From an uncultured Pseudomonadales bacterium (lineage in GTDB: Bacteria > Pseudomonadota > Gammaproteobacteria > Pseudomonadales > JAUIET01): 64,000 bases of DNA. The DNA lies in the NCBI GenBank assembly GCA_964544755.1, contig CAZJDL010000002.1:2470-66469 (forward strand), given 5' to 3'. Every line of letters starts with the position of its first letter. Positions within the stretch are counted from its first letter, which is position 1. Below, in pieces: positions 53,274 through 62,413 of the stretch. The position numbers and the translations under genes are program-made. Below the pieces are notes generated by a model. The model did no database searches, was not told the origin of the DNA, and was given only the letters and a program-made list of their open reading frames with translations.

Positions 53274-54404
53274 TCATTCAATGAATCGCTTGAGTATCGT
53301 AGCAACAAAAGCTCTGCCGGTCGCCGAATCGTATTTCTCTTGGTCGTCAAGATTGTCGGCGTATTTGAACAGCATATCGAACATCCGCTTGTCATCAACG
53401 GTCTGCTTTAGCGTGAAGGTTTCACGACGCTCAAAAACACTTTGCCATGCGTGTCGAACATCGGCCCAGAAAGGTGCTGTTTTGTCCCAATATTTGTCAC
53501 CAGCCGAGAAATCATGATCGACTATGCGCTCATAGCGATTGAGCCCCGCTTCGCGAGCTAAGTACGGTGAATTTGCAAGCGGCTTGCCATCATCGTTCAA
53601 CACCAGTTTGAGATTATCTTCTTCCTGAACCCAGCCGGTGGGTGTAACGGTATGGCGGTTGGTGCCGGACAACACATGATAGTCGTTGCGCACGCTAAAC
53701 TCCCGCCGCGGTAAGGGTCGCCACGTGTTTTCGCTTTGCCAACTCGAATAATTGCCATCGTGGCGCCATTTGCCGATGGCTTCGTAACGCGGCGAATCAT
53801 CTACTTGAAACACGGCTTGTGACCAGGTTCCTTTCGCCGCTTTGCGGGACCGTCGCTCATACCTCCAGGTGTTGTGCCCGGCGTACACATACAAGTCACG
53901 GTCTTCGTAACGCCAATCTTGCCGCCAGTGTTTAACCACGACCGGCTCGGAAATCTCTCCATCAGCAGTTTCAAAGAACATTACAATAATGTGCTGCAAG
54001 CTAATGAATTTCGGTTCATCGCTGACGACGTAGACGTACTCCGTACCCCAGGATTGATAAGGCCGATCAGGTGCATAGGCGGCGATAAAACCGATTGTCT
54101 CGATGAAGTCGAAGCTGGTTCGGTACGGGCCAGCCATCGCGAGAATTGCGTGCCGATCCCGTTCGAAAGTAGAAATTCCGGAGTCCCGTAACGCTTCCCA
54201 CGCCGGACTCGGCTTTGTGTCCAATACGACTGCCGGGCCCTTTGTGGTGCCGCCACGTGGCTGCATCGTGTCCTGCTCGGAAAACGGCCAAGCGTACGTG
54301 AACTGATGCGAGGTCTCACCCTTGGCCGCAGTATCGCCAATGGCCGCCGTCGTCACCAGCAGCGAAATAGCCGCGGCGACGAAACCAGCTTTTCGAATTC
54401 TCAT
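53274..54404 (-). CDS. secreted protein of unknown function, divergent from the heme receptor
   Basis: 376 aa with signal peptide MRIRKAGFVAAAISLLVTTAAIG. Trp/Tyr/Arg-rich mature part. Shares the Fur-box region with the TonB-dependent receptor gene. Confidence 0.75.
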   Translation of the reverse strand: MRIRKAGFVAAAISLLVTTAAIGDTAAKGETSHQFTYAWPFSEQDTMQPRGGTTKGPAVVLDTKPSPAWEALRDSGISTFERDRHAILAMAGPYRTSFDFIETIGFIAAYAPDRPYQSWGTEYVYVVSDEPKFISLQHIIVMFFETADGEISEPVVVKHWRQDWRYEDRDLYVYAGHNTWRYERRSRKAAKGTWSQAVFQVDDSPRYEAIGKWRHDGNYSSWQSENTWRPLPRREFSVRNDYHVLSGTNRHTVTPTGWVQEEDNLKLVLNDDGKPLANSPYLAREAGLNRYERIVDHDFSAGDKYWDKTAPFWADVRHAWQSVFERRETFTLKQTVDDKRMFDMLFKYADNLDDQEKYDSATGRAFVATILKRFIE

Positions 54405-54469
54405 GTAAAAACCTCCCTTTGTATTATGTCATGACCGACGAATTAGCGCTTGTCAACCGTGAATGAATG

Positions 54470-54502
54470 CGCATATTATATGCGAATACGAATCATTATT
54501 AT
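54470..54502. promoter_or_regulatory. Fur-box region in divergent promoter
   Basis: GCATATTATATGC is a perfect 13-bp palindrome (54470-54482). It is followed by GAATACGAATCATTATTAT (54484-54502), which contains AATCATTAT of the Fur consensus GATAATGATAATCATTATC. The region forms an array of NATWAT hexamers about 25 nt upstream of the receptor ATG. Confidence 0.65.
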
Positions 54503-54526
54503 AAGTATTTAAAACGGAAGAACATC

Positions 54527-56773
54527 ATGACTCGCTTTGCGCTGCTTGCCTGCCTATTTGTCCCCATGCTCGGTCACGCACAAAACACTGAATCAGAAAA
54601 GGGATCCGTCACCGAGGAGATGGTAAAGCCGCTCGAGAGGATTACAGTTGTAGGCACCCGCACAGAGCGTGCGATCAGCGAAGTGGCAGCGACCGTTTCG
54701 CTCAAAACCACGGCAGACCTGGAGCGTGAATTGACTCGGGATATTGCGGATTTGGTGCGTTTTGAGCCTGGGGTTTCGGTCGCCGGCACCGGCAGCCGGT
54801 TTGGCCTCAGCGGCTTCAACATCCGTGGTATCGGCGGCAACCGGGTATTGACGCTGGTCGATGGGGTACGGGTCCCCGAAGAGTTTTCCTTTGGGCCTTA
54901 CCTGAGCGCACGACGCGACTTTGTCGATATAGACAGCCTCGATCGTGTCGAAATCGCGCGCGGCCCGATCTCATCGTTATACGGCAGTGACGCGCTCGGC
55001 GGCGTGGTGGTCTTCACTACCAAGGGACCGCGCGACTACCTGGACGACGGCAGCCGGTTTTACACCGGCTTCAAAGGCGGTTACTCCGGCGCCGATGACA
55101 GCACGGTGGGTACCGTGACTCTGGCGACGGGTAATGAGAAAATTGCGGGATTGGTGCTTTACACGCGCCGTGATGGGCACGAGACCGAGAATGGTGGCGC
55201 GGTGGGTGGCACCGGCCAAACCCGCGAGCGACCCAATCCGCAATCGCTTGACTCCGACAATCTCATCGCAAAACTCTCCTTCAACCCGAGCGAACACCAC
55301 CAGTTCACCTTCGGCGTTGATCACTTCGAGAGCAACTCTGACACGCGGATTCTGTCGGACTATGGCAACGTCAGTCGTGGCACCACGATCGACCGTCGAG
55401 ATGCCGAAGACGAGCGTACCCGTACGCGGCTCTCCCTCGCATACAGCTATAACGGCGATCTGGGCATCGCTGACAGCGTGCAAGCCACCGTGTATCAGCA
55501 ACGCTCAGAAACGCAACAAGTGACCGCCGAAGATCGAACCACGCCGACCGGTGCGCAAGAGATACGGAGTCGCGTTTCGTCGTTCGATCAGGATATCGAC
55601 GGCGCGTATATTCAGCTGGGCAAATCATTGCAGCTTCTCGGGTTCGAACACTTGCTTACCTACGGCGCCGAATACTACAAGACCAGCAACGAAGGCTTGC
55701 GTAATGGTGGAACCGTTGACCCCTCCGGAGCAACCGTTGCCGAGTTCTTTCCGTTTCCGACTCGCGATTTTCCACCGACGGAAGTGGAACAGGCTGCACT
55801 GTTCCTGCAGGACGAAATAGCGTTGTTCGAGGGGCGGCTGCTCCTGTCGCCGGGCATCCGCTACGACAGTTTTGAAGCTGATCCGACAGCCGATCCCATT
55901 TATCTCAACGGCAATCCAGGTTCACCCTTGCCTGAAGACTATGACGACGCCGAAGTAACAGCAAAAATTGGGGCTGTTTACGCATTCTCCGACAACGTCT
56001 CCGCCTACGCCCGTTACAGTGAGGGTTTCCGGGCACCCCCCTACGACGATGTCAATGTTGGCTTCAGCAATTTCATTGGCGGTTACAAAACCATCTCCAA
56101 CCCGAATCTTCAATCGGAGCGGAGCACCGGCGTTGAGCTAGGCATTCGGCTGCAGGGACTCACCGGGAATGTCAGCCTTGCCGCGTTTCAAAACAATTAC
56201 GACAATTTTATTGAATCGTTTGCAATCGCACCGGAATTCCTCGCCTCAGGCGGCACCGACCCGGTCGATGGTTTGCTCACTTTTCAGTCGATCAATCGCG
56301 ACGAGGTGGACATCAATGGTGCAGAGCTGAGCGGCACCCTTGAGCTGAGTGCTTTCAACGAAGCGTTTGCTGGCCTCTCTTTGCAAGCGGCCGTTGCGTA
56401 TGCCGATGGTGAAGACAAAGACTCCGGCGAACCCATCAACAGCATTGAACCACTGACGGGTGTGTTAGGCTTACGTTATACGGCACCGAGCAAGCGCTGG
56501 GGTACCGACCTGATCTGGACGCTGGTCAACGGCAAAAACGAGTCCGACATCGATGCTAACAATCCACGTATGGCAACCGATGACTATGGCATCGTCGATC
56601 TGCTCGCACACGTGAACCTCGGCGATCGAGTGCGGGTGAATGTAGGATTCTTTAACCTGGGCGACAAATCCTATATTCGCTGGGCCGATACCGCGGCAAT
56701 CGGTGACGACGCGCCGGGCCGTTTCACGCAGCCCGGCTTCAATGCCGGCGCGGACATTCGCGTCGAGTTCTAG
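54527..56773 (+). CDS. TonB-dependent heme/hemoglobin outer-membrane receptor
   Basis: Start at the internal ATG: MTRFALLACLFVPMLGHAQ. TonB-box/plug region ERITVVGTR. Heme-receptor FRAP (GFRAPPYDD) and NPNL (ISNPNLQSE) boxes. Terminal aromatic residue ...ADIRVEF. Confidence 0.9.
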   Translation: MTRFALLACLFVPMLGHAQNTESEKGSVTEEMVKPLERITVVGTRTERAISEVAATVSLKTTADLERELTRDIADLVRFEPGVSVAGTGSRFGLSGFNIRGIGGNRVLTLVDGVRVPEEFSFGPYLSARRDFVDIDSLDRVEIARGPISSLYGSDALGGVVVFTTKGPRDYLDDGSRFYTGFKGGYSGADDSTVGTVTLATGNEKIAGLVLYTRRDGHETENGGAVGGTGQTRERPNPQSLDSDNLIAKLSFNPSEHHQFTFGVDHFESNSDTRILSDYGNVSRGTTIDRRDAEDERTRTRLSLAYSYNGDLGIADSVQATVYQQRSETQQVTAEDRTTPTGAQEIRSRVSSFDQDIDGAYIQLGKSLQLLGFEHLLTYGAEYYKTSNEGLRNGGTVDPSGATVAEFFPFPTRDFPPTEVEQAALFLQDEIALFEGRLLLSPGIRYDSFEADPTADPIYLNGNPGSPLPEDYDDAEVTAKIGAVYAFSDNVSAYARYSEGFRAPPYDDVNVGFSNFIGGYKTISNPNLQSERSTGVELGIRLQGLTGNVSLAAFQNNYDNFIESFAIAPEFLASGGTDPVDGLLTFQSINRDEVDINGAELSGTLELSAFNEAFAGLSLQAAVAYADGEDKDSGEPINSIEPLTGVLGLRYTAPSKRWGTDLIWTLVNGKNESDIDANNPRMATDDYGIVDLLAHVNLGDRVRVNVGFFNLGDKSYIRWADTAAIGDDAPGRFTQPGFNAGADIRVEF

Positions 56774-56775
56774 TC

Positions 56776-57666
56776 ATGCGCTGGCTTGCTGCGTTCTTAT
56801 TGGTGGCGAGCAGCGAGGCTCTTACCTGCGACTCGCCCGCTGCTGACAGCTCTCGCATAGCCGTTGCCGGTGGGTCCGTGACCGAAATCCTCTACTTTCT
56901 GGGTGCGGACAACCGCATCGTCGCCACCGACACCACTTCGAACTTCCCAGCGGCGGCGAGCGCCTTTCCCTCAGTCGGTTATGTGCGCAACTTGTCGACG
57001 GAGGGACTGCTGTCGCTCGATCCGACACTCATTCTTGGTGAGCACGACATGGGGCCGCCTGAAGTACTGTCACAGGTTGACCGAACGGGCATTGAGGTCG
57101 TGCGCGTGCCGGAACAGCACACAGCCAAGGGCATTGTTGAGAAAGTGCGCTGCATAGCGCGGGTGTTAAATCTCGAATTGGTTGCCGAAAAGCGTATTGA
57201 GGAACAGCTGGCTCCACAGCTCGCTGCCATCGGCGAAGTTGCCAGCAACACGAGTCGAACACCACCCAAAGTCGCCATGCTATTGGGCTTGCGCGACGGT
57301 GTGCCGATCGCCGCCGGTCACAACACGTCCGGGGACGGCGTCTTGCAAATGGCGGGTGCGGCGAACGTATTTGCCGATATTGACGGATGGAAACCCGTGT
57401 CGATGGAAAGCATGGCCGCTGCGAATCCTGATGCCATCGTGATTCCGCGCCGCGGTGTAGACGCGGCGGGTGGCATCGACGCCATCCTCACCCACCCTGC
57501 AATTCGGTTAACGACCGCCGGCCAGAGCCGGCGCATTGTTTCCCTGGACGGAATGGCGATGCTCGGCTTTGGCCCGCGAACCCTGGAAGCGGCTCTTCAA
57601 CTGGCAGAGGCATTGCGGCCCGATCCCTCGTCCAGCGCCGATTCTGCCATCAGGACGGGAAAATGA
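56776..57666 (+). CDS. hmuT: hemin ABC transporter periplasmic binding protein (HmuT/PhuT-like)
   Basis: 296 aa with a signal peptide and a class III SBP pattern (RIVATDTTSNF..., DAIVIP). Confidence 0.85.
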   Translation: MRWLAAFLLVASSEALTCDSPAADSSRIAVAGGSVTEILYFLGADNRIVATDTTSNFPAAASAFPSVGYVRNLSTEGLLSLDPTLILGEHDMGPPEVLSQVDRTGIEVVRVPEQHTAKGIVEKVRCIARVLNLELVAEKRIEEQLAPQLAAIGEVASNTSRTPPKVAMLLGLRDGVPIAAGHNTSGDGVLQMAGAANVFADIDGWKPVSMESMAAANPDAIVIPRRGVDAAGGIDAILTHPAIRLTTAGQSRRIVSLDGMAMLGFGPRTLEAALQLAEALRPDPSSSADSAIRTGK

Positions 57667-58709
57667 ACACCGCGGCAGCGGCACTCGACTCACAACCGGC
57701 ACGGGTAGTACAAAGCCGGCGACGGCAGCGCATCCTTTGGGTGTTGGCGACGACACTCTTCGGTGTCGTCGCCGTTGCACTCATGACCGGCGCCATACCG
57801 ATTTCCTTAATTGACCTGATGAGTCATTCGGCAACACCCCTTGAACGTACGGTCTTACTCGAGATTCGAGGTCCGCGCGTCGTACTGGCTGGTTTTGTCG
57901 GCGCCGCATTGGCGCTGTCGGGTGCGGCGCTACAAGGCCTTTTTCGCAATCCCCTGGCCGACCCGGGATTGATTGGTGTATCGAGCGGTGCCGCACTCGG
58001 CGCCATTTCGATGATCGTATTGGGCTCATCGCTGACCATGGCGACTTGGCTCACACCCTACCTGTTGCCACTGTCTGCAGTGCTTGGTGCAGGATTGGTA
58101 ACGCTCTTTTTGTACGCATTCGCCAGCCGCTACGGTCAGTTCAGCATCGTGACCATGCTGTTGGTGGGCATCGCAATTAACGCCTTGGCGACGGTCGGGA
58201 TCGGCGCCTTCGAATACTTGAGCGATGATACGCAACTCAGAACGCTGATTTTCTGGATGATGGGCAGCTTCGGCCGGGCCACCTGGCCAACTGTAATTCC
58301 GGCCGTGGTCTTGATGGTCATTGCCGCGGGCATCCTGTTGCGCGAAACTCATCGCCTGGACCTCCTGCAACTGGGTGAGGCGGAAGCCCGCCACCTGGGA
58401 ATAGATGTTCGAAGCCTGAAACGAAGACTCATCCTGGCAGCAGCGGCTGCAGTTGGCGCTGGTGTTGCACTGGCCGGCATTATCGGGTTTGTCGGCCTGG
58501 TCGTACCCCACCTCGTGCGCTTGCTCGGTGGCGCCAGCCACCGCTTCGTATTGCCCGGCTCGGCGCTCCTCGGCGCCACGCTCACGGTTCTCGCCGATTT
58601 GGTCGCGCGAACAATCATCATACCGGCAGAAATTCCAGTAGGTCTTGTCACCAGTGCACTGGGGGCGCCGTTTTTTCTATGGCTCATTACGCGGGTGCGG
58701 CCGCGATGA
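57663..58709 (+). CDS. hmuU: hemin ABC transporter permease (FecCD family, HmuU-like)
   Basis: 348 aa, polytopic, with RNPLADPGLIGVSSGAALGA and a 4-nt overlap with hmuT. Confidence 0.9.
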   Translation: MNTAAAALDSQPARVVQSRRRQRILWVLATTLFGVVAVALMTGAIPISLIDLMSHSATPLERTVLLEIRGPRVVLAGFVGAALALSGAALQGLFRNPLADPGLIGVSSGAALGAISMIVLGSSLTMATWLTPYLLPLSAVLGAGLVTLFLYAFASRYGQFSIVTMLLVGIAINALATVGIGAFEYLSDDTQLRTLIFWMMGSFGRATWPTVIPAVVLMVIAAGILLRETHRLDLLQLGEAEARHLGIDVRSLKRRLILAAAAAVGAGVALAGIIGFVGLVVPHLVRLLGGASHRFVLPGSALLGATLTVLADLVARTIIIPAEIPVGLVTSALGAPFFLWLITRVRPR

Positions 58710-59485
58710 GTCTGCGGGCGAAAAACGTTAGTCTTCGCCGCGGCAAGACCGACGCGCTAATGGATGTTTCCGCTGAAGTGCGTCCTGGCTCGATAACCGC
58801 ACTGGTTGGGCCAAACGGTGCCGGTAAGTCGAGTTTGTTACGCGTCTTGAGTGGCGAGCTCACCGCGAACGACGGTGCCGTCTATCTCGACGATTCTCGT
58901 TTGAGCCACATATCTGTGCAAAAACAGGCCCGCCTGCGCGGGGTTATGAGCCAGTCGGCGCCTGTCGTTTTCGATTTCCTTGTTGAAGAAGTCCTGCAAA
59001 TGGGCTGGGTACAGGGTGACCGCTGGGGTCCCGGGGCAAAAAGGGATGCGCTACGTTCAGTGATCGCGCAGTGCGACATCGCGCCGCTTATCGGCAGAAC
59101 ATTTAATACGCTTTCCGGCGGCGAACAGCAGCAGACCCAGTTTGCCCGCGCGCTCCTGCAAATCTGGCAGCCAGACGACGACCACGAGCCTCGCTATCTG
59201 CTACTCGACGAACCAACGTCGAGTCTCGACCTGGCGCACGAATTGTTGGTACTGCGTCTCGCGCGTCGGTCGGTTGATCAGGGGGTCGGTGTGCTGGTCG
59301 TATTGCACGACCTGAACCTGGCGGCGCGTTTCGCAGATGCAGTCGTGTTATTGGCTAACGGCTCTGTGGTGTCGGTCGGCCCACCAAGCGAAGTTCTGCG
59401 GGCTGACGTGTTGACGAAGGTATATCGTACGCCGGTTCACGTCGAGCGGCATACATCACTCGACCGGCTCGTCGTTTATACCTAG
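58706..59485 (+). CDS. hmuV: hemin import ATP-binding protein (HmuV-like)
   Basis: The ATG at 58706 forms an ATGA overlap with the permease stop. Walker A GPNGAGKSS, signature LSGGEQQ, Walker B LLLDEPTSSLD. Confidence 0.92.
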   Translation: MSLRAKNVSLRRGKTDALMDVSAEVRPGSITALVGPNGAGKSSLLRVLSGELTANDGAVYLDDSRLSHISVQKQARLRGVMSQSAPVVFDFLVEEVLQMGWVQGDRWGPGAKRDALRSVIAQCDIAPLIGRTFNTLSGGEQQQTQFARALLQIWQPDDDHEPRYLLLDEPTSSLDLAHELLVLRLARRSVDQGVGVLVVLHDLNLAARFADAVVLLANGSVVSVGPPSEVLRADVLTKVYRTPVHVERHTSLDRLVVYT

Positions 59486-59501
59486 GATCAGGAGACACAA
59501 C

Positions 59502-59693
59502 ATGTTCGGCATACTGAATCGGTTTAAGGTCACCGCTAGCACTATCGAAAACGGGTTTGGTGCCACCCTTCAGGAGCGGTTTTGGCAAGTCATGCGGAAG
59601 CAGAACTTGCTTGAGCGACTCGATCAGAGAGTTAACGACAACACCGGAATTGTGTGCTCACTTGCGGCGAAATGGCAACGAGGAAAACCATGA
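59502..59693 (+). CDS. hypothetical 63-aa protein, translationally coupled to hutX
   Basis: AGGAGA lies 6 nt upstream of the ATG. Its stop overlaps the hutX ATG (ATGA). I recognise no family. Confidence 0.4.
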   Translation: MFGILNRFKVTASTIENGFGATLQERFWQVMRKQNLLERLDQRVNDNTGIVCSLAAKWQRGKP

Positions 59694-60202
59694 ATTTGAG
59701 TGTGGAGACACGTGAAGCAGTCGTTGCATCGTTGAATGCGAACCCCGGCGTGGTGCTCGAGCAGATCGCCAAACAATACGAAGTCACGACTGCCGATGTG
59801 GTAGCCTGCCTGCCGGAAAACGAAGTCTCGACTATCGACGGTGGCGCGTTTGTACAGGTGATGCTTGAGATCGCAACGTGGGGCGAGGTCACTTTTCTTG
59901 TTAACACAGGCGACCTCATCCTGGAGATCAAGGGCATCGTGCCCAAGGGCGAGATGGCCCGTGGCTATTACAATCTGCACGGCAAGCCCCTCGGCGGTCA
60001 CTTGAAGCCGGACAACTGTGTCTCCATCAGCTTCGTCTCCAGAAAATTGTTTTCGAACGATACCCACTCGGTTCAGTTCTACAGCAAAGACGGCAGTTGC
60101 ATGTTCAAAATTTACCTCGGCCGCGACGAGAAACGGCAATTGATTGCCGAACAAGTGGAGAAATTTGTCGTCTTTCGCGACCGGATGATCACCAACGGAT
60201 AA
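59690..60202 (+). CDS. hutX: heme utilization cytosolic carrier protein HutX/ChuX family
   Basis: Start at the internal ATG after GAGGAA. WGEVTFLVNTGDLILEIKG..PKGEMARGYYNLHG...GGHL and MFKIYLGRDEKRQL are typical of HutX. Confidence 0.85.
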   Translation: MNLSVETREAVVASLNANPGVVLEQIAKQYEVTTADVVACLPENEVSTIDGGAFVQVMLEIATWGEVTFLVNTGDLILEIKGIVPKGEMARGYYNLHGKPLGGHLKPDNCVSISFVSRKLFSNDTHSVQFYSKDGSCMFKIYLGRDEKRQLIAEQVEKFVVFRDRMITNG

Positions 60203-60231
60203 TTCACAACCAAAGTAATGAAGGAGAACCC

Positions 60232-60570
60232 ATGTATCTTGCTATGAACCGATTTCAGGTGAAAAAAGACCGCGCAGCGGACTTCGAAGCGATGTGGCTC
60301 GGCCGTGACAGTGACTTACCCGGCATGGAGGGCTTCGTCGAGTTTCGCCTCCTTAAAGGGCCGGAGCACGACGACTACATGCTCTATTCGTCGCACACAT
60401 TCTGGGACAGTGAAGAGAATTTCACGGCCTGGACCAAGTCCGACGCCTTTCGAAAAGCGCATGCACGACCGCGAAGCGGCAAGGTGGAACCCATGACACT
60501 GGGCCATCCACACTTCGAGGGCTTTACGACCTTACAGACCATCAACAAATCAGGTGAGAAAGCCGCCTGA
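60232..60570 (+). CDS. IsdG/IsdI-type heme-degrading monooxygenase (ABM domain)
   Basis: Start MYLAMNRF after GAAGGAGA. Asn6 aligns with the IsdG catalytic Asn. FWDSEENFTAWTKSDAFRKAH parallels S. aureus IsdG [21 protein letters not shown], which holds the Trp/His of the N-W-H triad. Confidence 0.75.
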   Translation: MYLAMNRFQVKKDRAADFEAMWLGRDSDLPGMEGFVEFRLLKGPEHDDYMLYSSHTFWDSEENFTAWTKSDAFRKAHARPRSGKVEPMTLGHPHFEGFTTLQTINKSGEKAA

Positions 60571-60767
60571 GGTCGCCACCAGAAGTTGCGTCACTCGCCG
60601 CCGCAATGGAGTGTGCGGCAGACTTGCAACATGGTTACGTTGAGCGTGACATCTGACGAGAAAACGGATCAGCCTTATATGTGTAGAGCTGGTTGCCCGA
60701 TGATATTTGCAGCAGCAACGATCTTGGCTCGGCGTAACTTTTCGTACTGTTGGGCTTCAAACGCCGT

Positions 60768-61481
60768 TTATCGTAAGCGTTTCTGCGTCCGAAAATACGC
60801 CGGGCTACGTAACGGCCGACCCTGCAGTTGCGCGCTTAGCGCGCATTGAGTAATTATTCTTAAACCATGCAACACTGTGGGCGCCTGCCAATCACCGGCT
60901 GCAATGGCGCGCATCGTCGCGCCGGCAATGCTGTTTGGGCCGGTGTTGGCCTGCCGGTGGAAGCCTTCACCGGCTACGAAGCAGTAATTGTGCTCGGCGC
61001 TAATGGGGCTTTCGCCATCGGCTTCAATATCGAATGAAACGCCATAGCCCAACGCGGCAAGCAGGTTCAGCTCAAAATAGCGCAGCTGCGCCGTAACATT
61101 ATGACCCAGGCGCAGCGCATTTAGCACTTGCTGGTAATCTGCAAAGATTTTTTCGTGTATGTCATACGGCGCCAACAGCCGATACAACAATTCGTTCACG
61201 TACAAGCCCGTGTACAGGTTTTTACCGGTCAATAAGCTGGCGGGCGCGATCCCGGCTTCGATCCGCGTCAAAGTTTTCAACTCCTTGCGGCCAATGCAAC
61301 TGATGTGCATGGCATGGAACGGCTCTGAACTGACGCGCCGTTTCGCGCTGCGCGCCGCGCGCCAGATAGCGCTGATGCGACCGTGCTCCAGGCTAAAAAA
61401 ATCGACCAGCAAACTGGATTCACGATACGGTCTTTTGTGGAGAATGTAAGCCGAGTCGGAACTAAGAGACCTTTGCATCAA
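60768..61481 (-). CDS. recO: DNA repair protein RecO
   Basis: 237 aa with AYILHKRPYRESSLLVDFFSLEHGR. The era-recO order is conserved. Confidence 0.92.
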   Translation of the reverse strand: MMQRSLSSDSAYILHKRPYRESSLLVDFFSLEHGRISAIWRAARSAKRRVSSEPFHAMHISCIGRKELKTLTRIEAGIAPASLLTGKNLYTGLYVNELLYRLLAPYDIHEKIFADYQQVLNALRLGHNVTAQLRYFELNLLAALGYGVSFDIEADGESPISAEHNYCFVAGEGFHRQANTGPNSIAGATMRAIAAGDWQAPTVLHGLRIITQCALSAQLQGRPLRSPAYFRTQKRLR

Positions 61482-62413
61482 ATCGAGTCAGTTAAACCCA
61501 GGCTTCGCAGAGCGCGCTCATCGTCAGACCAGCCCTGCTTTACCTTGACCCACAGACGCAGCATGATTTTTTGCTCGAACAGCTTTTCCATGTCGGCGCG
61601 CGCGTCGCTGCCGATTTGACGCAGGCGCTGGCCACCGCGGCCAATAACGATCGCCTTTTGCCCAGGCCGCTCAACAAATACGATAGCCGCAATGGTCAAC
61701 AGCTTGCCGCTGCGGCTAAACTCCTCGACTTCAACCGCCACCTCATAGGGTATTTCATGCCCCAGCTGACGCATGAGTTTTTCACGAATAATCTCGCTGG
61801 CAAGAAAGCGTTCGCTGCGGTCGGTGAGCTGATCGGGCGGGAAGAAAAAATCGCCCGCCGGCAGGTACTGCTCAATGACGAACTCAAGCCTATCCACATT
61901 GGCGCCGCTTAGCGCCGCCAATGGCACAATATCGGCAACCTCGAGATGCTCGCGCACGCCGTCTATAAAGGGTAATAGCTGCTTTTTGTCGGCCAGTTGA
62001 TCGATTTTATTGATGGCCAGCAGCACCGGCACGGACAGTTGCGCCAGCGTTTTCGCAATCCACCGATCTTGCTCTTGCCATTGCAGGCGATCCAATACAA
62101 ACACTATGCAATCCACATCGTGCAGTACTGCGTTGGCAGCACGGTTCATGTGGCGGTTCATCGCCTTCGGTGCTTCCCGCTGCAGGCCGGGCGTGTCGAC
62201 GTACACCACCTGCTCCGTCGCCGTGGTCTTGATGCCCAAAATAGCGTGCCGGGTGGTTTGTGGTTTGCGCGAGGTGATGCTGAGTTTTTGCCCCAGCAAT
62301 CGGTTCAGCAGCGTCGATTTGCCAACGTTAGGCCGGCCAACAATGGCGACATAGCCGCAGCGCTTTGACGGCTTAACGCTGGCCAAGCCGTTCAAGCGCC
62401 GTGCGCGCCGCAT
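61478..62413 (-). CDS. era: GTPase Era
   Basis: CGYVAIVGRPNVGKSTLLN (G1), DTPG, NKID, and a KH domain at the C-terminus. The start is uncertain: ATG 62413 (GAGG upstream) or TTG 62386. The ORF-track start at 62677 lies deep inside rnc. Confidence 0.9.
   Translation of the reverse strand: MRRARRLNGLASVKPSKRCGYVAIVGRPNVGKSTLLNRLLGQKLSITSRKPQTTRHAILGIKTTATEQVVYVDTPGLQREAPKAMNRHMNRAANAVLHDVDCIVFVLDRLQWQEQDRWIAKTLAQLSVPVLLAINKIDQLADKKQLLPFIDGVREHLEVADIVPLAALSGANVDRLEFVIEQYLPAGDFFFPPDQLTDRSERFLASEIIREKLMRQLGHEIPYEVAVEVEEFSRSGKLLTIAAIVFVERPGQKAIVIGRGGQRLRQIGSDARADMEKLFEQKIMLRLWVKVKQGWSDDERALRSLGLTDSI

Noticed and set aside
52917-53411. 164-aa plus-strand ORF next to the cargo gene, which might be a second component of the system.
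   Set aside because: It lies antisense to the transposase C-terminal pseudogene and to the 3' end of the 376-aa gene. It has no RBS and no recognisable domain, so it is most likely a shadow ORF.
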